From an uncultured Nitrospiraceae bacterium (lineage in GTDB: Bacteria; Nitrospirota; Nitrospiria; Nitrospirales; Nitrospiraceae): 64,000 nucleotides of DNA. This document shows, piece by piece, positions 60,036 through 64,000 of the stretch (position 1 is its first letter; each line of letters opens with the position of its first letter). Where the stretch lies: positions 768,001-832,000 of the forward strand of contig CAWJWJ010000002.1 of NCBI GenBank assembly GCA_963846575.1, written 5' to 3'. A program made the translations under genes and the position numbers. The notes under the pieces are model-generated. The model saw nothing but the letters and a program-made list of their open reading frames with translations, ran no database searches and had not been told where the DNA came from.

Positions 60036-61355
60036 GTGCGACTTCTTATCCGGCTCTGGCCAGCAGTGTCTCCCCGGGTCTGGTTTCTGCTCGTCCTCTC
60101 AAGCCTCTTCCTCGGTACCTTTCCGATACTTCACGCCGCGGAGGAACGTTCCACAACGGACCTCGGCGCGAAACTGTGGCAATACATCGCGGCCAAGGAT
60201 GGTGAGCAGGCCGACACAGAGCTCGCCGCGATCCTTCGACGTGAGGACGCGACCCTACACACAGTACAGGAGCTGTTGCGAAAGGGCCGCCCCTATACTG
60301 CTCAGCCGTTGGGCGCATCGCCGGATGAACAGGTCGTGGTGAGGGACCGGACCTACCGGTATAGTCTCTCAATCCCGCAAACGTACGAACCGACCAAAGA
60401 GTACGCGCTCGTCGTCTGTCTGCACGGTGCGGGCTTCACCGGCGAGGCCTATTTGGATCGATGGAAGACAAGGCTGGGTGAGGGGTACATTCTTGCGTGC
60501 CCGACATATCCTGCCGGCGCCTGGTTTACCAGGCGCGCTGAAGATCTGGTGTTAGCGACAGTGCGGGCCGTGCAGGAACGCTACCGGATCGATCCCAATC
60601 GGATTTTTCTCAGCGGCATGTCCAACGGCGGAATCGGCGCCTGGCTGATCGGCATGCATCACGCAACCCTCTTTGCCGGGCTCGCCCCGATGGCCAGCGG
60701 GATCGACGATGTGCTGTTTCCTTTTCTGGAAAACCTCCGTGCAACGCCGGTCTACATCATTCACGGATCGCAAGATCAAGTCATGCCGGTGGAACTGAGC
60801 CGGAAGCTGGCGGGCGAGCTGAAAAACCTCGGCTATCCGTTTGTGTATCGCGAGCATGACCGCACACACGCCATGGCCGGCGGCCATTTTTTCCCGCGTG
60901 AGGAACTACCCGACCTCATAAAATGGTTCGACGCACAGCATCGCAATCCGGCCCCCAAAGCCCTGACAGTGGTTCGTGATGCCAGCCACCTCTTACCATT
61001 CGGATGGATACGGATTGATGCAACGGATCAGATCGCTTCTTTCACAGAGGAGCTGATTGACCAGCGCAATGACAGCATTCGGCAACGCAGTTATGCCCGG
61101 TTGACCGTCACCGTGACGGGTCCCAATCGAATCGAGGTGCGCACCGACCAGGTTCGTCGATATACGTTGTTCCTCAATGAGGACCTCGTCGACCTGTCGA
61201 AGCCGCTCACCATTGTGACGAACGGCCAGACCTCCTTTGAAGGCACCGTCGTTCCCCGGATCGAAACATTGCTGCGGCAAGCTCATCTCCGGCAGGATTT
61301 TGGACAACTCTTTCCCGCTTCTATCACTATCGCCGTGCCGCAGCATCCTTCATGA
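60036..61355 (+). CDS. Secreted alpha/beta hydrolase (esterase-like)
   Basis: Signal peptide; LHGAG, GMSNGG, IHGSQD, GGH. Confidence 0.8.
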   Translation: MRLLIRLWPAVSPRVWFLLVLSSLFLGTFPILHAAEERSTTDLGAKLWQYIAAKDGEQADTELAAILRREDATLHTVQELLRKGRPYTAQPLGASPDEQVVVRDRTYRYSLSIPQTYEPTKEYALVVCLHGAGFTGEAYLDRWKTRLGEGYILACPTYPAGAWFTRRAEDLVLATVRAVQERYRIDPNRIFLSGMSNGGIGAWLIGMHHATLFAGLAPMASGIDDVLFPFLENLRATPVYIIHGSQDQVMPVELSRKLAGELKNLGYPFVYREHDRTHAMAGGHFFPREELPDLIKWFDAQHRNPAPKALTVVRDASHLLPFGWIRIDATDQIASFTEELIDQRNDSIRQRSYARLTVTVTGPNRIEVRTDQVRRYTLFLNEDLVDLSKPLTIVTNGQTSFEGTVVPRIETLLRQAHLRQDFGQLFPASITIAVPQHPS

Positions 61356-62158
61356 ACGGGCCGCGACCGGTTGTGCGACGGAGCTGTTCACTCGTGCTCG
61401 TCTTGACCGTCGCGCTTGCGGCACCGTTGTCTGACGGGCGAGCCGAGCCGGCGACCTGCACTCTTCCCTTACAGCATGCGGGCCTGACATTTCCATTGGA
61501 GCGGGTGCATCCGACCTGGACTTGCCGGATGTACCCGGTCGTCAGTCACTACACGACGGCGACGAAAATCGGACCAATGCGCACTCCGTTACCCGAACGT
61601 ATTTTTCTGTACCTGCTGACCCATCCGGTGATGACCGCGGCCCTCGTCAATCGCCTCGATCTGGGCCTGTACAAGGCGGAGATGCGGGACGGAGAGGAAT
61701 TTTGGGCGACCGATGGGGAGGGCACCGAAGGAATCATAAACCCGGTCTTTCAAGACCCCACGACAAAGATATACATTGCGCAGGGCAGCCACGACGGAAG
61801 ACTATTGCCGAAGGTGACGGGCAAAGCCGTGGTGCTGCTCAGGCTTCAGCCGGTCACGGACAGCCGTGGTATCGAATCGATGGACAGCACGTTGGTCGCC
61901 TATCTTCGGCTCGACAATCGATTCCTGTCAGGCATCTTGTCGCTACTACGCCCGCTGATCGATAGTGTAATGAACCGGCAGTTGGTCAAGGCATTTGATG
62001 CGGCTCGCCTGCTGGGCGGGGCGATGCGCGAGCACCCCGAGCGGGTATTGTTCGAGGCGACGGACCCGCCCGCCCTGCCGGACGAAGAGGTGGCCTTCTT
62101 GAAACAGGCTCTCGCCAGTCTGCACAACCCCGCCGTACCCTCCCGGCCCACGCCATGA
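61352..62158 (+). CDS. Secreted hypothetical protein
   Basis: Signal-like N-terminus; ATGA overlap with the upstream gene. Confidence 0.7.
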   Translation: MNGPRPVVRRSCSLVLVLTVALAAPLSDGRAEPATCTLPLQHAGLTFPLERVHPTWTCRMYPVVSHYTTATKIGPMRTPLPERIFLYLLTHPVMTAALVNRLDLGLYKAEMRDGEEFWATDGEGTEGIINPVFQDPTTKIYIAQGSHDGRLLPKVTGKAVVLLRLQPVTDSRGIESMDSTLVAYLRLDNRFLSGILSLLRPLIDSVMNRQLVKAFDAARLLGGAMREHPERVLFEATDPPALPDEEVAFLKQALASLHNPAVPSRPTP

Positions 62159-62172
62159 CAACTTTCTGACCG

Positions 62173-62771
62173 ATGGACCCCAATACAAACCGGACACAAT
62201 TATGCTGCGCTCGCATCATGGTGGCTTGAGCAGATGAAGGACTCGGCGTATGGCCTAGCGGCGTTGGAGCGCGCCCTCACATTTGTTGCACCGGGCGGCC
62301 AGGCACTGGACGTCGGCTGCGGATGCGACGGGCGGTTTCTGCACCTTCTTCTGGAGCGAGGATTTCAATGCACGGGTCTCGACATTTCGAGGGATGACTG
62401 CGTTGGCGAAGCCCCGGCATCCTCAAGCGACGTTCGTGGTGGACGGTATGTGCACGTGGCCGCTCCCGCGGCAGTACGATGTGATCGCGGGGTGGGACAG
62501 TACGGTTCATTTCCCTCTCGACCGTCATGAGCCCGTGCTCCGACAGCTCTGCGAAGGCCTGTCGAAGGGCTGTGTGCTGTTGTTGACCTGTGGTGGAGCT
62601 GCAGCGGACGAACGCAGCCAGGGGGAATTCGGCGGGACACGATTCGAGTACAGCTCACTGGGTGTTCCCGAGTTTGCGCGGCTGCTCTGGGGTTTCGGCT
62701 GTGCCATCCGACACCTGGAATATGATCAATATACTGAGAACCATGTTTATCTTATCGCCGCAATACTCTAA
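62173..62771 (+). pseudogene. Class I SAM methyltransferase with two apparent frameshifts
   Basis: ALDVGCGCDG in frame 62234..62530; YDVIAGWDS..LLLTCGG in frame 62283..62771; ATG at 62173 is out of frame with IQTGHNY. Confidence 0.72.
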
Positions 62772-62885
62772 TGGCAGTCGGCCAGGTGCCGGTGTCGGTT
62801 TCGCCGGTAGCGGACGAATCGATTCAGTCAATCCGTCCTGGCCTCTGATCGGCGAGGGGGAATTTGACGCCCCTATGAGGTCTAA

Positions 62886-64000
62886 ATGACCACCGGCCGC
62901 AGCTTTTTCTACCTCTGCACCATCGGGATATTCTGTTTTATCAGTTACAACCTCATTCGCATGCCGGTGCTGGCTTTGTTCGCCGAATCACTGGGTGCGG
63001 GCCCGGAGCGCATCGGGTTGATCGTGTCCGTGTCAACGCTTACGGGAGTGCTGTTGAAATTACCGTCCGGTGCCCTCTCCGATATCTACGGACGCAAGCT
63101 GTTGCTACGAGTCGGGGTGGTGGCGTTTGGGCTGCCGCCCTTCATCTATCCATTCGTATCAGACCTGGATGTGCTGACGGGACTTCGATTCGTCCACGGT
63201 CTGGCGACGGCTATTTTTGCCCCGAGTGCGCTGGCAACCGTGGCAGACCTCTATAAGGAGCGACGCGGCAAAGCGATGGGTACCTATACGGCCTGCACCC
63301 AGTCCGGCGCACTGTTGGGTCCCTTTTTGGGCGGGTGGTTGGTATATACGGCCGGTTTCTCTACCGCGTTTGTCACCGCCGGCCTGTTCGGTTGCATTGC
63401 GATCCTGATCTTTTTCAGCCTCCATTTGAACGAGCCTCCGCCACGAGTGAGGGAGAGGGGCCTGGCTCCCGTTCTGACCGAAATGGGCAAGGGGTTCATT
63501 GCCGTCGCACGCAACCGCCGAGTCTTGATTACCAGTTCCACGGATGCGGCGAAGATGATTGCCAACGGCGCCTTGATGGCGTTTCTCCCGCTCTATGGAC
63601 TGTCCGTGGGACTCAACGCTGGCGAAGTCGGCTTGTTGTTCAGCGTGCAGGCCGTGACGTCCTTTTTCTCCAAGCCGATCATGGGACGTGTCTCGGACCG
63701 GGTGGGTCGACAGCCGTTAATCGTAACCGGGCTGGCCATCTGCGCCGCGACCTTTGTTAGCATGCCTTATGTAGGTTCGTTTGCCACCCTGTTGCTGCTC
63801 TCGTCTGGATTCGGCTTCGGGGAGGCTGTTGTTTCCTCCTCGTCTGCCGCGCTGGTGGCGGATAGTTCGGAGTTCAAACGGCTTGGGGCGGGGATGGGCA
63901 TGCAAGGGATGGTGATGGACATCGGCCACGCCAGCGGTCCCCTGTTGGCGGGTATCCTGATCGCTCGCGCCAGCTACCAGAGCGCGTTTGCCGTCATTGC
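62886..64000 (+). CDS. MFS transporter (partial, runs off window end)
   Basis: Not in ORF track; MTTGRSFFYLC.., motif A GALSDIYGRK and GRVSDRVGR. Confidence 0.9.
   Translation, partial: MTTGRSFFYLCTIGIFCFISYNLIRMPVLALFAESLGAGPERIGLIVSVSTLTGVLLKLPSGALSDIYGRKLLLRVGVVAFGLPPFIYPFVSDLDVLTGLRFVHGLATAIFAPSALATVADLYKERRGKAMGTYTACTQSGALLGPFLGGWLVYTAGFSTAFVTAGLFGCIAILIFFSLHLNEPPPRVRERGLAPVLTEMGKGFIAVARNRRVLITSSTDAAKMIANGALMAFLPLYGLSVGLNAGEVGLLFSVQAVTSFFSKPIMGRVSDRVGRQPLIVTGLAICAATFVSMPYVGSFATLLLLSSGFGFGEAVVSSSSAALVADSSEFKRLGAGMGMQGMVMDIGHASGPLLAGILIARASYQSAFAVI

Noticed and set aside
1..64000. CRISPR arrays, tRNA/rRNA, IS elements, prophage or defence island
   Set aside because: No repeat-spacer arrays, RNA gene signatures, transposase, integrase or phage proteins recognised by eye; a covariance-model scan was not possible

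Overview
A gene-dense, GC-rich bacterial chromosomal window. Gene content and protein style suggest Nitrospira, which is my inference and not a database result. Most of it is core metabolism: hpnD/hpnE-like hopanoid genes, a folB fusion, moaCDEA, accD-folC-lptD, trxA-recN, bcp, fabI, an Rrf2-sbp-cysTWA sulfate uptake operon, glyQS, ppdK and ribD. I saw no tRNA/rRNA, CRISPR array, integrase or transposase. The best candidate for an undescribed system is the minus-strand block at 26.4-37.1 kb. It contains a 1407-aa REC-PAS-pseudokinase-PilZ-PilZ-LuxD-like-methyltransferase protein, an intact histidine kinase, a sigma54 activator and a degenerate HD-GYP regulator with its own candidate sigma54 promoter. 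Upstream of these lies a secreted protein with PHM/DBH-type copper monooxygenase motifs. Also notable: frameshifts in moaC and in a methyltransferase gene, a 32-aa basic microprotein missed by the ORF track, a kinase/PP2C/FHA operon, and a histone-H1-like tail on PPDK. All family assignments come from motif recognition by eye.
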